64,000 nucleotides of DNA from an uncultured Eubacteriales bacterium (GCA_910586545.1 CAJUIQ010000001.1:1025-65024); one strand, 5' to 3'. Numbered from the stretch's first letter, positions 25,157 through 36,268 are shown. Made by a program: numbers and translations. The notes: generated by a model not told the origin, from the sequence alone.

Positions 25157-25717
25157 ATGGGAATCGGAGAACTTTTGCTTATCGCGTGCAGCCTTGCAAT
25201 GGACGCCTTTGCCGTATCTGTTTGCAGGGGGCTGGCCATGAGAAGCGTCAACGTGAAAAGCGCATGCACGGCAGGCCTTTGGTTTGGCTCCTTTCAAGCG
25301 CTGATGCCCTTGATTGGCTGGTTTCTGGGGGCACAGTTTATCGATTATATTGAAGCCTTCGACCACTGGATCGCCTTTGGTCTGCTTTTCCTCATTGGTG
25401 GAAATATGATTTTGGAAGGGATTCGAGAAGGTGATACCTGCGCAGCCCCGCAGGGGATGCTTTTGCCGGCCCTTGCTACCAGCATCGACGCCCTGGCAAT
25501 GGGCGTGGCCTTCTCTATGATTGCCCAGGACAGCTTGAACATCTGGTCTTCGGTACTGGTAATTGGAGTGATCACATTTATATTGTGCGTGGTGGGCGTG
25601 TTGATAGGCAGTTATTTCGGAACCCGGTTTCTCCGGGGCGCCAAAATCGCCGGCGGCGCGGTTTTGATCCTCATCGGTGGAAAAATCGTGTTGGATCACC
25701 TGCATATATTTCTATAA
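25157..25717 (+). CDS. mntP: manganese efflux pump MntP
   Basis: CSLAMDAFAVS and ATSIDALAMGV are the duplicated DUF204 motifs, with six predicted TM segments. Confidence 0.85.
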   Translation: MGIGELLLIACSLAMDAFAVSVCRGLAMRSVNVKSACTAGLWFGSFQALMPLIGWFLGAQFIDYIEAFDHWIAFGLLFLIGGNMILEGIREGDTCAAPQGMLLPALATSIDALAMGVAFSMIAQDSLNIWSSVLVIGVITFILCVVGVLIGSYFGTRFLRGAKIAGGAVLILIGGKIVLDHLHIFL

Positions 25718-25768
25718 TTTTTTTGTATACCCGACTTGTAAGCGGATTAGAAAGGCATAATCAGTAAT

Positions 25769-26629
25769 ATGAAGCGTGTTTTAACCATTCAAGATATCTC
25801 CTGCGTGGGCAAATGTTCCCTTGGAGTGGCCATGCCAATTATCAGCGCCGCGGGGGCGGAGGCGGCGGCGCTGCCCACAGCGGTGCTTTCCGCACACACT
25901 GCCTTTACCCATGTGTACAAACGGGATCTTTCCAAGGATATGGAAAAAATATTTTCCGCTTGGCAGGCGGAGGGGATCACCTTTGACTGCGTGTATACCG
26001 GCTATCTTGCCGGCGGGGAACAAATCGAAACGGTATCCGCTTTCCTGGATCGGCAGTCCAAGACGAGCAGCATGGTTTTTGTGGATCCTGTTATGGGTGA
26101 TTTCGGCAGACTGTATGCAGGATTTCACCATACCTTTCCGGAGCAGATGGCGCAGCTATGCGCCCGTTCCGACGTAATTGTGCCAAATCTGACAGAGGCC
26201 TGCGCCCTGTTGGACGAGCCTTATCGGGAAGACTATACCGAAGAACAGCTGATCGAGCTGCTTCGTCGTTTATGCGGCGCGGGCGCGAAATGCGCGGTTC
26301 TCACCGGCGTATCCCCCGCCGGCAGGGCGGACAAGCTTGGCATTTTAAAATATGACAGCCGGAACGGCGCTGTATTTTCCTATTTTGGAGAGCATGTCCG
26401 AACCAAGCAGCCCCTGCATGGGACAGGGGATATATTTGCTTCGGCATGCGTGGGTGCATTGGCTGCCGGGATGCCTTTAGACGATGCATTGGCCCTTTCA
26501 GTAGAATTTACCGCGCGCTGCGCGGCCTGTTGGGCTAAGGCGGCGGATCGGCGCTGGTATGGGGTAGACTTTGAAACGGCGCTTCCGTATTATATAGAAC
26601 ACATCCAGGCATATAAAGATAAAATTTAA
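25769..26629 (+). CDS. pdxK: pyridoxal/pyridoxamine kinase (ribokinase family)
   Basis: RVLTIQDISCVGKCSLGVAMPIISA, VDPVMGD and GTGDIFAS anion-hole motif. Confidence 0.8.
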   Translation: MKRVLTIQDISCVGKCSLGVAMPIISAAGAEAAALPTAVLSAHTAFTHVYKRDLSKDMEKIFSAWQAEGITFDCVYTGYLAGGEQIETVSAFLDRQSKTSSMVFVDPVMGDFGRLYAGFHHTFPEQMAQLCARSDVIVPNLTEACALLDEPYREDYTEEQLIELLRRLCGAGAKCAVLTGVSPAGRADKLGILKYDSRNGAVFSYFGEHVRTKQPLHGTGDIFASACVGALAAGMPLDDALALSVEFTARCAACWAKAADRRWYGVDFETALPYYIEHIQAYKDKI

Positions 26630-26734
26630 TAGTTTATTTATAGCTTGCCTGAAACAATATGCTAAAATATTTATATTATCCCGGTGTACGCACCGGAGAC
26701 AGCGGCCGGGCGGCCGGCAAGGAGTAGTGGATCG

Positions 26735-27700
26735 ATGATAGAGGTGGAACATCTTGTAAAATCCTATGGGACGAACCTCGCTCTGGATGACGTAAGTTTT
26801 TCCGTGGGTGAGAGGGAAATTCTAGGACTGCTTGGCCCCAACGGAGCGGGTAAATCCACAGCAATGAACATTATGACCGGATATCTGTCCGCAAATGCGG
26901 GGACGGTGCGCATAGACGGAAAGGATATCCTGGAAGAACCGGGAGAGGCAAAAAAACGAATTGGCTTTCTGCCGGAAACGCCCCCCCTTTATGGGGATAT
27001 GCGGGTAGAGGAATACCTGCGGTTCGTTTATGATTTAAAACAGTGCGCATATAACCGGGACGCGCACATAGAGGAAATCTGTCGGGTAACCCGGATTTCC
27101 GACGCGCGCCGGCGGATTATCAAAAATTTGTCCACCGGATATCGGCAGCGTTTGGGAATCGCACAGGCACTGATCGGCAATCCGGGCGTGCTGGTACTGG
27201 ACGAGCCCACTGTGGGTCTGGATCCAAAGCAGATTATTGAGGTGCGCAACTTAATCCGTACCCTAGGGCGGGAGCATACGGTAATTCTCTCCTCCCACAT
27301 TTTATCGGAGGTGCAGGCAGTATGCGACCGGGTGGTAATCCTGGACCAGGGCAAGGTGCTCTGTGACGAAAGGACGGATAGCATCAGCCGTACCATTCAG
27401 CAAAACGCGCGAATCCGGGTGAGCATATGCGGCCCTGGACGAGAGGTAGTGGAGACGCTGCGGAGTTTGCCGAACGTGATCAGCGCCGTAGCCACCGGAG
27501 ACCGGGAAAAGGACAGCTTTTCTTATTTTGTCGAATCCGCGCCTGGAGCAGATGTGCGCAAAGACGTCTTTTTCGCCATGGCCCAGCAAAACTGGCCTGT
27601 GGTGGGTATGGAACAGGAAGGCTATTCTCTGGAAGACGTATTCTTGAAACTGACGGAAGCGGGAAAGGGAACCGCCGCCGGGAAAAAGCGCAAAAAGTAA
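26735..27700 (+). CDS. ABC transporter ATP-binding protein (GldA-like)
   Basis: Walker A GPNGAGKST, signature LSTGYRQR and Walker B LVLDEPTVGLD. ATG 26735 follows AAGGAG; the track ORF starts at 26684. Confidence 0.9.
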   Translation: MIEVEHLVKSYGTNLALDDVSFSVGEREILGLLGPNGAGKSTAMNIMTGYLSANAGTVRIDGKDILEEPGEAKKRIGFLPETPPLYGDMRVEEYLRFVYDLKQCAYNRDAHIEEICRVTRISDARRRIIKNLSTGYRQRLGIAQALIGNPGVLVLDEPTVGLDPKQIIEVRNLIRTLGREHTVILSSHILSEVQAVCDRVVILDQGKVLCDERTDSISRTIQQNARIRVSICGPGREVVETLRSLPNVISAVATGDREKDSFSYFVESAPGADVRKDVFFAMAQQNWPVVGMEQEGYSLEDVFLKLTEAGKGTAAGKKRKK

Positions 27701-27723
27701 ACGGAAAGGCATGGTGAGTTTGT

Positions 27724-28428
27724 ATGTTTGCAATTTATAAGCGCGAGATGCGCACCTATTTTACAACGCCGGCCGGCTACATTTTTATGGCAATTTTCCT
27801 TTGCGCCGCCGGATTTATTTTTAGCTTGACCACGCTGCAGGAACAGTCTACGGATGTGTCCCTGTATTTTCAGATTTTAATGATCGCCTATATTGTTCTG
27901 ATCCCTCTGCTGACAATGCGTTCCTTTGCAGAGGAGAAACGGAACAAAACGGAGCAGCTGCTCCTCACCGCGCCGGTGAGTCTGTGGAGTTTGGTGCTGG
28001 CCAAATTTCTGGCGGCGTTTACCCTGTTTCTGGGCACGGTGGCCGTCTCCTCTTTGTTTTTCGTGACCCTTGGAATGTACGGGGACCCCAACTGGGGTCG
28101 CATCCTTGGCTGTACGGTAGGGATGATCCTCATTGGCGTCTGCTTTATCGCCATCGGCATGTTTCTTTCTTCTCTCACAGATAACCAGTTTACGGCCGCC
28201 GTCACTACTATCGGCGTATTGTGTGGTCTGGTAGTACTGGCAATGCTTAACGGAATTTTGGACAGCTACGTGCTGCGGCTGGTATTGGACTGGGTTTCCA
28301 TCTACAGCCGGTACACCAATTTTACTATGGGAATTTTCGATTTTTCCAGCGCAGTGTATTATCTGTCCATGTGTGGGGTATTCCTGTTTCTTACGGTGCG
28401 GGTATATGAAAAGCGCCGGTTTTCGTGA
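27724..28428 (+). CDS. ABC-2-type permease (GldF-like)
   Basis: 234 aa with six hydrophobic segments. Sits directly after the ATPase gene. Confidence 0.75.
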   Translation: MFAIYKREMRTYFTTPAGYIFMAIFLCAAGFIFSLTTLQEQSTDVSLYFQILMIAYIVLIPLLTMRSFAEEKRNKTEQLLLTAPVSLWSLVLAKFLAAFTLFLGTVAVSSLFFVTLGMYGDPNWGRILGCTVGMILIGVCFIAIGMFLSSLTDNQFTAAVTTIGVLCGLVVLAMLNGILDSYVLRLVLDWVSIYSRYTNFTMGIFDFSSAVYYLSMCGVFLFLTVRVYEKRRFS

Positions 28429-28549
28429 GGAGTGCGGATATGAAAATTTGTATTAGCTCGCATGTTGCTTTGTTCGCACCCAAAAGCATCTTCAAATGCG
28501 GTACCGATGCTTTGCAACGTTTGAATCTAGATTGTGAGGGATGTTTGAC

Positions 28550-30055
28550 ATGAATATCAAAAAACTGCAGAAAGCTAAGCTGCGCAGACAAAGAAGAAAT
28601 CAGTATACTGTTATATCCTCCATAATCACCGCTTTGATGATCGCCCTTGCAATCGTTTTCAACATTGCCTTTTTCGCCTTGGCGAACCACTTTACCTGGT
28701 ACGCAGACATGACGAAGAATCAAGTATACTCCCTCTCTGACGCAACCCACCAGTTGCTTGCGGACGTTGCGGACGAAACAAATATATACTTTACCGTGGA
28801 ACCGGATAAAATCAGTGACGCCAGCCCGTTTTTGTTTTACGTATATCAGACGGCGCTCCAGCTGGAATCCAAGTTTGACAATATCCATGTGGAATGCGTG
28901 GACATCGTTAAAAATCCTGGTTTTTTCAAAACTTTCTACACCACGGCAGCACAAGATATTAAAACCACTTCTGTTGTGGTGGAATGCGGAACGGAATTCC
29001 GCCTGTTTAACCTGGAATCATTCTTTGTATACGATGAAAACTATGAAAAAATCTGGGGATACCAGGCAGAGCACAAATTTGTTTCCGCGATTCTTTCCAT
29101 GACCTCCGCCCAAATGCCCGTAGTCCATATGACAACCCAGCACGGAGAAACCGTGGGGGATGATGCCGCAGCGTTGGTGGAGCTTTTCACCGATGCGGGA
29201 TATGAAGTGAAAAATATCGATCTCTCCAAAGAGGAGATAGACGAAGACGCCCGCATTGTGATCATCAACAACCCGGTGTATGATTTTGCCGGCATAGAGG
29301 CGGACGATGACGCCGCCAACGAAATTGACAAGCTGGATCGTTTTCTGGACAGCTACGGATGTCTAATAGTGTTCACCTCTCCTACAAATGCGGGAAAGCT
29401 TACCAATCTCAGTGAACTGCTTAGCGAATGGGGAATTGGATTCAATCCGGATACCTATGTTAAGGACGCCGGCCACGCAATTTCCACAGACGGAAAAGCC
29501 ATTGTGGCAAACTACGCAGATAAGGACAGCCTGGGAGCATCCCTTTATCTGGATCTTTTTGAACTGGATGAAATGCCTAAGACCATTCTGCGAAACGCCA
29601 TGCCTTTGGAAATCCTGTGGGAAAAGGATCCATCTCTGGAAGGATCAAAAGTTGTCTCTCCTGTACTGTTCTCCCATGATACCGCTCAGACAATCCAAAA
29701 CGGAGATGTTGTTTCCTCCGGGAGCCAGCCTTTGATGACCATCTCTCGGGAAAGTCGAATTGTAAACAACGAGTATTATTATTCCTATGTGCTGGTCAGC
29801 GGAAGCGCGGACTATACGGATCCTGCGTATTTGCTGTCCAACACCTATGCCAACAGCGACATCCTATACAATACCATGCGGCTCACCGGCAGGGATCGAA
29901 TCCTGGCAGATATAGAAATGAAAGTGCTGGACGATACCAGTATGGATATCACCACTGCACAAGCAAACCGGTGGACGGTGGCACTGACAGTTACCGTGCC
30001 TGTGCTGATCGGCGTAATAGGACTGGCGGTGCATATTAGGAGAAGAAACGGATGA
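28550..30055 (+). CDS. GldG-family ABC-transport auxiliary protein
   Basis: N- and C-terminal TM anchors flank a large extracytoplasmic domain, in the position typical of GldG-like proteins. ATG 28550 is 9 nt after GAGGG; the track start at 28541 abuts the RBS. Confidence 0.65.
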   Translation: MNIKKLQKAKLRRQRRNQYTVISSIITALMIALAIVFNIAFFALANHFTWYADMTKNQVYSLSDATHQLLADVADETNIYFTVEPDKISDASPFLFYVYQTALQLESKFDNIHVECVDIVKNPGFFKTFYTTAAQDIKTTSVVVECGTEFRLFNLESFFVYDENYEKIWGYQAEHKFVSAILSMTSAQMPVVHMTTQHGETVGDDAAALVELFTDAGYEVKNIDLSKEEIDEDARIVIINNPVYDFAGIEADDDAANEIDKLDRFLDSYGCLIVFTSPTNAGKLTNLSELLSEWGIGFNPDTYVKDAGHAISTDGKAIVANYADKDSLGASLYLDLFELDEMPKTILRNAMPLEILWEKDPSLEGSKVVSPVLFSHDTAQTIQNGDVVSSGSQPLMTISRESRIVNNEYYYSYVLVSGSADYTDPAYLLSNTYANSDILYNTMRLTGRDRILADIEMKVLDDTSMDITTAQANRWTVALTVTVPVLIGVIGLAVHIRRRNG

Positions 30056-31572
30056 AACGGCAGAAAATATTGATTATTGTACTGCTTTCCCTGTTTGTGC
30101 TTCTGCTTGCAGGATACTTCTTCGTGATTCGTCCCCTGACGGAGCCGGAGAAAGTTGAAACAGTCGCTCCCGAAACGGAAGCGGGTGAGGCTCTGGGCAG
30201 CGGAGACCGTTTTTTCCTGTTCGGCTCCTTGTCCCGCAGCGATATTGCACAAATAGAAGTGGAAAACGAATACGGTACCTTTGCCTTTTATCAGGCGGAG
30301 CAAAACAAATTTAAAATCAAGGGATATGACGCAGTCCCTTATAGTGAAAATCTGTTTGCCGCTCTTGTGAACGTATCCTCCTATACCCTTTCCAAAACAA
30401 AGGTAGGAAGCAATCTGTCCGACGAAAAAATTGCGGAATACGGGCTGGATCAACCGGCGGCTCGATGGACGGTCACCTCTAATGGAGGAGACAAGTTTAC
30501 TGTGCTGGTAGGAGACCGGCTGCTTACCGGCGGCGGCTATTACTGTATGCTGGAAGGACGGCGCAGCGTCTATGTCCTTGGAACAGAAGTGGCGGACACT
30601 GTGCTCGTTCCTATTGAACGCTATGTAACCCCTGTGCTCACAACTGGTATCTCTCAGGAGAATTACTACCAGGTAAACCATTTCACCGTATACCAAGACG
30701 GGGATATGTTGCTGCGCATTCGCCTGAAGGATAAAAAAGACCAAAACAATCCGGAAGCCCTTGCGGAAAACATTATGGATTACCCCACCTCCTATTATCC
30801 CAATTCCAACATGTACTATGAAATCATCTTTTCATACTTGGAACTGCGAGCAAAATCCTGCTATAAGTTGGGTGCGGCGGCGGAAGATTTCGCGGCGGTA
30901 GGGCTGGACCATCCCGCCCACGAAATCGCTTTTGAATATGAAGGCCAAACCTTCCGTCTGTCCTTTTCCGCTCGTACAGAGGATGGCACCTATTATGTAT
31001 GTTCCAGCTTATATCCCAATGTGATTGGTGTTTGTAGCGCAGAGGATCATGCCTATCTGGAATATTCTCTAATCGACTGGATTGATCCCTATGTGTATCA
31101 GGAATATATTACCAACATTCGGCAGTTTTCCGTTTCTACGGATGCTGTACAAGCCAGCTTCCGTCTGACACACGATAAAGACGCGAACGACAAACCGCTT
31201 TTGAATGTTACGGTAAACGAGAGGGAAGGGCTGCGGGAGGACTATATTCCCTCGTTCCGGGAATACTACAAATCGCTTTTGGCAGTTTCGATTCAAGATT
31301 ACTATAGCGCGGACACATATGCTACCATGACGCCGGAGGAGATGGAGGCTTATGCCTCTGATCCCGCAAACGCGTATATGACCTTTACGGCTAAAACCCT
31401 GTCCGGGGAAGAAACGGTGTATCGGTTTTATCCGTATTCCACCCGGCATTCCTTGGTGACGGTAGACGGGGTAGGGGAGTTTTACGTGCTGACGGATCTT
31501 GTCAAAAAAATCGAAAACGACACGATACGAATCCTAAACGGCGAAGAAGTTACCGCTTTTGAAAAAAGTTGA
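30052..31572 (+). CDS. DUF4340-like membrane-anchored protein
   Basis: ATGA overlap with the GldG-like gene and an N-terminal anchor (ILIIVLLSLFVLLLAGYFFV). It is the fourth member of the common ATPase/permease/GldG/DUF4340 cassette. Confidence 0.55.
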   Translation: MKRQKILIIVLLSLFVLLLAGYFFVIRPLTEPEKVETVAPETEAGEALGSGDRFFLFGSLSRSDIAQIEVENEYGTFAFYQAEQNKFKIKGYDAVPYSENLFAALVNVSSYTLSKTKVGSNLSDEKIAEYGLDQPAARWTVTSNGGDKFTVLVGDRLLTGGGYYCMLEGRRSVYVLGTEVADTVLVPIERYVTPVLTTGISQENYYQVNHFTVYQDGDMLLRIRLKDKKDQNNPEALAENIMDYPTSYYPNSNMYYEIIFSYLELRAKSCYKLGAAAEDFAAVGLDHPAHEIAFEYEGQTFRLSFSARTEDGTYYVCSSLYPNVIGVCSAEDHAYLEYSLIDWIDPYVYQEYITNIRQFSVSTDAVQASFRLTHDKDANDKPLLNVTVNEREGLREDYIPSFREYYKSLLAVSIQDYYSADTYATMTPEEMEAYASDPANAYMTFTAKTLSGEETVYRFYPYSTRHSLVTVDGVGEFYVLTDLVKKIENDTIRILNGEEVTAFEKS

Positions 31573-31589
31573 TTTCCAACGGCAAAAAC

Positions 31590-31626
31590 AAAAAGGATAG
31601 GGCATAATATGTCCTATCCTTTTTTT
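31590..31626. terminator. Rho-independent terminator
   Basis: AAAAAGGATAGGGCAT-AAT-ATGTCCTATCCTTTTTTT (one G-U pair) lies 18 nt after the stop at 31572. Confidence 0.75.
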
Positions 31627-31671
31627 AACTCCAAATAGAGGTATGCGCCCCTCACTGCCGCAGAGATATGC

Positions 31672-31705
31672 AAAAAATCCCCGAAAGCATTTTTCGGGGA
31701 TTTTT
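31672..31705. terminator. Rho-independent terminator (serves ftsH on the minus strand)
   Basis: AAAAAATCCCCGAAA-GCAT-TTTTCGGGGATTTTT lies just downstream of the ftsH stop (31720). Confidence 0.75.
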
Positions 31706-31719
31706 AAACATCAAATTAC

Positions 31720-33753
31720 TTACTGCGCGCCGTTTGCATCGTTTTCCGATTTATCCGGATTGTTGCTCACCTCGCCGCGCTGTTTTTCTTCCAAGCGGCG
31801 GGCTTCTTCTCTGCGCCGTTCATTTTCCTTGATCTGCAAAGCTCTCGCCTCGTTTTCCGCTTCGCTGCGGCGCCGTTTCTCCGCATACATTTCTTCCAGC
31901 TCTTCCACAGTCACGTTCGGATCTTCCATTATCCGGCGGAACTGTTCGCCGTTCATGATCTCATTCTTAACCAGATACTTTGCAATGAAATGCAGTTTAT
32001 CAATATTTTCAGAGAGCAGGCGTTTTGCTTCATTATAGGATTCCGTAATAATCTTTTCAATCTGCTCGTCGATTTTTGCAGCAATCGCTTCAGAGAAGTC
32101 TCGATTTTGCGAGAAGTCTCTGCCCAAGAATACTTCCGTATCGCTGTGGCCGCTTCCAAACAGAATCGGGCCCAGTTCACTCATACCAAGCTGCATAACC
32201 ATCTTTCTGGCAATCTGGGTTGCACGCTGGATATCGTTGGATGCGCCGCCGGAGAAATCGTCAAAAATTAACTGCTCCGCTACGCGGCCGCCCAGCAGCA
32301 TGGAAATTTTCTGTTTGAGCTCATTGCGGTATACGCTGTATTTATCTTCTGCCGGCAGATTTAAGGTATATCCAAGGGCATTTCCGCTTGGGATAATGGA
32401 AACCTGATGCACAGGATCTATCAGCGGCAGCACGTGAGACAGTACTGCATGACCTGCTTCGTGATAAGCTGTTTTCAGCTTCTCCGACTCCTTAATACGC
32501 ATAGAACGCTTTTGAGGACCTGCCACAATTTTTGTAAAGGCATCTTCCAATTCGTCCATACCAATAAGGGATTTATTTTTCCGTGCCGCTAAAAGCGCCG
32601 CTTCATTTAGCAGATTTGCAAGGTCTGCACCGGTAAAGCCGGATGTGCTTTTTGCGATTACGGACAGATCCACACCGGCTTCCAGAGGTTTGTTGCGGGC
32701 GTGCACATGCAGAATTTCTTCCCGTCCGTGAATATCCGGTTGATGGACGGTAATCTGTCGGTCAAATCGGCCGGGACGCAGCAACGCCGGGTCTAGAACG
32801 TCAGGGCGGTTGGTCGCCGCAATGACAATAATGCCTTCGGTTGAGCCAAAGCCGTCCATTTCTACCAACAGCTGGTTTAATGTCTGTTCCCGTTCATCGT
32901 GGCCGCCGCCAAGTCCGGTACCACGCTGCCGGCCAACTGCGTCAATCTCATCAATAAACACAATAGACGCAGGGTTCTTGCGGGCAGTCTCAAACAGATC
33001 CCGTACACGGGAAGCGCCCACACCCACGTACATCTCCACAAAGTCTGAACCGGAGATAGAATAGAAGGGAACGCCGGCCTCACCGGCAACCGCCTTTGCC
33101 AATAGGGTTTTACCTGTTCCAGGAGGGCCCATCAACAACACGCCGTGGGGAATTTTTGCACCCAACTTGGTAAATTTCTGGGGATCCTTCAAAAATTCTA
33201 CGATTTCTTCCAGCTCCGCCTTTTCCTCGTCGGCTCCGGCAACATCACGGAAGTACACCTTGACTTTGTCTCCGGTGCGCATTTTTGCTTTCCCAAAGTT
33301 GCCGATTTTACTGCCCTTACCGCCGGTGGCCTGACTCATCATATACCACCACAGCACGATAAACACGATAGCGATGATCAGATACGGCAGGAAGCTTACC
33401 CACCAAGGCACAATAGTAGCCGGCTGCAGGTCGTATTTCGTAATGATCCCTGCCTCATACTGTTCGTCAATCAAATCTTTCATATCCAGCAGGAACACGT
33501 TTACATCCGCCAGTCTGTATTTCACCACAGACTGCTTATCATCGTCGTCCTGCGCCCGTATGATCATTTTCAGGGTAGCGTTATTATAGTCAATGGAGAA
33601 CTGCTCCACCTGTTCATCTTCGAAATAGTCTACAATATCGCCGTAGGTAAGATCCGCCTTGTCGCCGCCTCCGTACAGCAGGGCAATCACCACGATTACC
33701 AACGCAATCAGGGCCACATACCAAACTGCGACCTTTAAGCCGTTTTTCTTCAT
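31720..33753 (-). CDS. ftsH: ATP-dependent zinc metalloprotease FtsH
   Basis: [18 protein letters not shown]alker [10 protein letters not shown], the second region of homology and the HEAGHA zinc site. A charged C-terminal extension is present. Confidence 0.95.
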   Translation of the reverse strand: MKKNGLKVAVWYVALIALVIVVIALLYGGGDKADLTYGDIVDYFEDEQVEQFSIDYNNATLKMIIRAQDDDDKQSVVKYRLADVNVFLLDMKDLIDEQYEAGIITKYDLQPATIVPWWVSFLPYLIIAIVFIVLWWYMMSQATGGKGSKIGNFGKAKMRTGDKVKVYFRDVAGADEEKAELEEIVEFLKDPQKFTKLGAKIPHGVLLMGPPGTGKTLLAKAVAGEAGVPFYSISGSDFVEMYVGVGASRVRDLFETARKNPASIVFIDEIDAVGRQRGTGLGGGHDEREQTLNQLLVEMDGFGSTEGIIVIAATNRPDVLDPALLRPGRFDRQITVHQPDIHGREEILHVHARNKPLEAGVDLSVIAKSTSGFTGADLANLLNEAALLAARKNKSLIGMDELEDAFTKIVAGPQKRSMRIKESEKLKTAYHEAGHAVLSHVLPLIDPVHQVSIIPSGNALGYTLNLPAEDKYSVYRNELKQKISMLLGGRVAEQLIFDDFSGGASNDIQRATQIARKMVMQLGMSELGPILFGSGHSDTEVFLGRDFSQNRDFSEAIAAKIDEQIEKIITESYNEAKRLLSENIDKLHFIAKYLVKNEIMNGEQFRRIMEDPNVTVEELEEMYAEKRRRSEAENEARALQIKENERRREEARRLEEKQRGEVSNNPDKSENDANGAQ

Positions 33754-33819
33754 GAAAAGTCAATCCTTTCTTTTGTCTGCAAAATGTTGCCGCATATATA
33801 GAAAGAAATCCCGGGACGC

Positions 33820-34383
33820 TTAGTTTGTGTAAATTTCCGGTTTCAGTATCCCTACATAAGGCAGGGAGCGGTATTTCTCTCCAAAGTCCAGCCCGTATCC
33901 CACCACAAATGCATCGGGAATCTCCCTGCCTACATAATCGGGGGTATAGTCTACTTCTCTGCGGGAAGGCTTATCCAACAGTGCCGCAGTGCGTACGCTC
34001 CGCGCGCCGTTTATACGCAGATAAGAGACCAGATAAGACAGCGTTTTCCCACTGTCAATAATATCTTCAATAATGAGTATGTCTTTTTCGCTGAGATCCT
34101 GCCGGTGCAAATCCAAAAGGATATTGATTCTTCCGCTGGTGACAGTTCCATGTCCATAGGAAGAAACCTTCATACAGTCAATCTCACAGGGGATGGAAAG
34201 CTTTTTCATTAAATCCCCCATAAAAACAAGGCTCCCTTTCAGTATGCACAGGAGAAGCAGGTTTTTATCCTTATAATCCTGATCAATTTGAGCAGCAATG
34301 CGGGAAACGATTTCATCCAGCTCCTGTTCACTGATCAGAATCCGTTCCACATCCTGGTCCCACACGTCATGATGCACTTTCAT
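33820..34383 (-). CDS. hpt: hypoxanthine phosphoribosyltransferase
   Basis: MKVHHDVWDQDVERILISEQEL..., ILIIEDIIDSGKTL PRPP-binding motif and VGYGLD. The track ORF extension to 34515 would overlap tilS. Confidence 0.9.
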   Translation of the reverse strand: MKVHHDVWDQDVERILISEQELDEIVSRIAAQIDQDYKDKNLLLLCILKGSLVFMGDLMKKLSIPCEIDCMKVSSYGHGTVTSGRINILLDLHRQDLSEKDILIIEDIIDSGKTLSYLVSYLRINGARSVRTAALLDKPSRREVDYTPDYVGREIPDAFVVGYGLDFGEKYRSLPYVGILKPEIYTN

Positions 34384-34402
34384 GTCTGCAACCTTTCTGT
34401 GT

Positions 34403-35788
34403 TTATTTTTCGCCGGCATAGCAAACGCCGATATAAACAGAGCTGTCTGCGGCGGGCGCGCCGGCACAGCCGTCGCGGGGACGCAGTCCAGGTACCCAAA
34501 GGATCCCCTCCTCATCGCACAACAGGGGATAAGAATCCCGCAAGTGGGAAGGAATTTTCATAGCGCCAAAAAGTTTTTTTATTTTTTTGTGCATACCGCC
34601 GGTAAAATATACATCGCCGGTCCTTCTGGCGCGGATATAAAGACTATTGTTTATTTTATCAAAATCCAGCGTTCCGTATATTGCTAAATTGTAAATATTT
34701 TGGTCGGGAGAAACAATCTCTGCTCGTTCTTTTGACACTTTTACCAAAAAAGGGCCAAATAAAACAGCATCTCCTACAGAAATGGGAACCTCGTCCGATA
34801 TGGCCGTTGGCGTACAAGCAGGTTCTGGGCCGACCCAGATTCGCTCGCCCTGGAAAAACAGCGCCGCATGCCCCGGCAGGCTGATGCGCCCTGGGCGACC
34901 GCCGTGAATCAGCGCCATACAGTGGGCAAGGTGCACCGCGCCCAACGTTTTCTCATATCCCGCATACTGGCGATACATGTTGAGGATACACCGGGAAAGC
35001 AGTGCGCCCGGCGCTGCAGCCGCGCTGGGCGCGAAAAGAGAACCGTCCGGGGACAGCAATCCGGCAGCAGCGTCTTCCAAATAGGCAAGATCCTCACGCA
35101 AAAGATCGCTCATCCGCAAAGCGGCAGTCTCGCACTGGGGGTTAATTTGCCGCATCGCGGGAACCAGCTTCTCCCGAATAAAATTTCTAGTGTAAACGGT
35201 GTCGCTATTGGTTTCGTCTGTCACATAGGATATCTTTTCCTCTTTTGCAAAGTCCCGCACTTCTTTTGCCGTGCAGCACAAAAGGGGACGAATAACAGAT
35301 CCGTCCCGCAAAGGAGCTATTCCACAAAGTCCACTGGCGCCGCATCCTCTGGCTAAATGAAACAATACGGTTTCCAAATGATCGGTGGCATTGTGGGCTG
35401 TTGCAATCAGGGCGCCAGGCAAACCGCTGCGAACTTCTTCTAAAAAAGCGTATCGCTCCTTCCTGGCGCATTCCTCCAATCCCAGTCCCGCTTCTTTTGC
35501 CATAGCGGGAATATCCAGGCGGCGGCTGTAAAAGGGAATTTGCAGCTCCGTGCATAAGCGGCGGCAAAACGCTTCGTCCGCGTCGGCAGCCGCTCCACGG
35601 ATTCCGTGATGCAGATGGGCAGCTGCAAGGCGGATCCCCCGCTCTGGCAGGTACCAATGCAGAAAATGCAGCAGCACCACAGAGTCCGCGCCGCCGGACA
35701 GGGCGCACAGTACGGCGCCGCAGTCCTCCAGCACAGGAAGAATCCCTGTTTCACCCAGGCTTTTTTCAATTTTCTCAAACAGTTTCAC
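34403..35788 (-). CDS. tilS: tRNA(Ile)-lysidine synthetase
   Basis: VLCALSGGADSVVLL PP-loop (SGGxDS). Conserved tilS-hpt-ftsH order. Confidence 0.9.
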   Translation of the reverse strand: MKLFEKIEKSLGETGILPVLEDCGAVLCALSGGADSVVLLHFLHWYLPERGIRLAAAHLHHGIRGAAADADEAFCRRLCTELQIPFYSRRLDIPAMAKEAGLGLEECARKERYAFLEEVRSGLPGALIATAHNATDHLETVLFHLARGCGASGLCGIAPLRDGSVIRPLLCCTAKEVRDFAKEEKISYVTDETNSDTVYTRNFIREKLVPAMRQINPQCETAALRMSDLLREDLAYLEDAAAGLLSPDGSLFAPSAAAAPGALLSRCILNMYRQYAGYEKTLGAVHLAHCMALIHGGRPGRISLPGHAALFFQGERIWVGPEPACTPTAISDEVPISVGDAVLFGPFLVKVSKERAEIVSPDQNIYNLAIYGTLDFDKINNSLYIRARRTGDVYFTGGMHKKIKKLFGAMKIPSHLRDSYPLLCDEEGILWVPGLRPRDGCAGAPAADSSVYIGVCYAGEK

Positions 35789-35807
35789 ATTGCAGCTCCT
35801 TTAACGC

Positions 35808-36023
35808 TCAGCCATAAACCTTCAAGGCATATTCCAGAGCCAGGCCGCCTCCTAAGGTAACCACAGTGGCCATGGCCGCATATTCCAGCATTTCGGGAAC
35901 TTGCGTTATGTACTCGGACTGGACTCCGTCTCCCAGCGCCAGACAAATTAGAAACAGCTGCAGGATCACAGCGCTGAAGCATAGTTTCAGCAGCATCAAT
36001 ATTTTTCGCTCCGTCAGCTTCAT
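35808..36023 (-). CDS. small hypothetical membrane protein
   Basis: 71 aa with two hydrophobic helices. AGGAGGAG lies immediately upstream, and the gene sits 19 nt upstream of tilS on the same strand. Confidence 0.4.
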   Translation of the reverse strand: MKLTERKILMLLKLCFSAVILQLFLICLALGDGVQSEYITQVPEMLEYAAMATVVTLGGGLALEYALKVYG

Positions 36024-36188
36024 GGCTCCTCCTATATATTATGTACTGCCTATATTATACAGGAAACAGCTGTGAGAGGCAAGCGGTAATTCCTGCAAGC
36101 GTGGGAAATTGCTGCAATTGTTTTATTAGAATTTTTTTACATTGTAATGAAATTACGGATAGGATTATAACTCCTGGAAAAGAACCTA

Positions 36189-36217
36189 TTGACCTTTTTT
36201 TGGACGTGTGTTACAAT
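36189..36217 (+). promoter_or_regulatory. sigma-A-type promoter with extended -10
   Basis: TTGACC, a 17-nt spacer, then TACAAT preceded by TGT (TGnTACAAT). About 50 nt upstream of ATG 36269. Confidence 0.5.
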
Positions 36218-36268
36218 AAATTGTTCATTTGGGTATTTTTGGTATTTTATAGAAAGGAGCCTTGGCCT

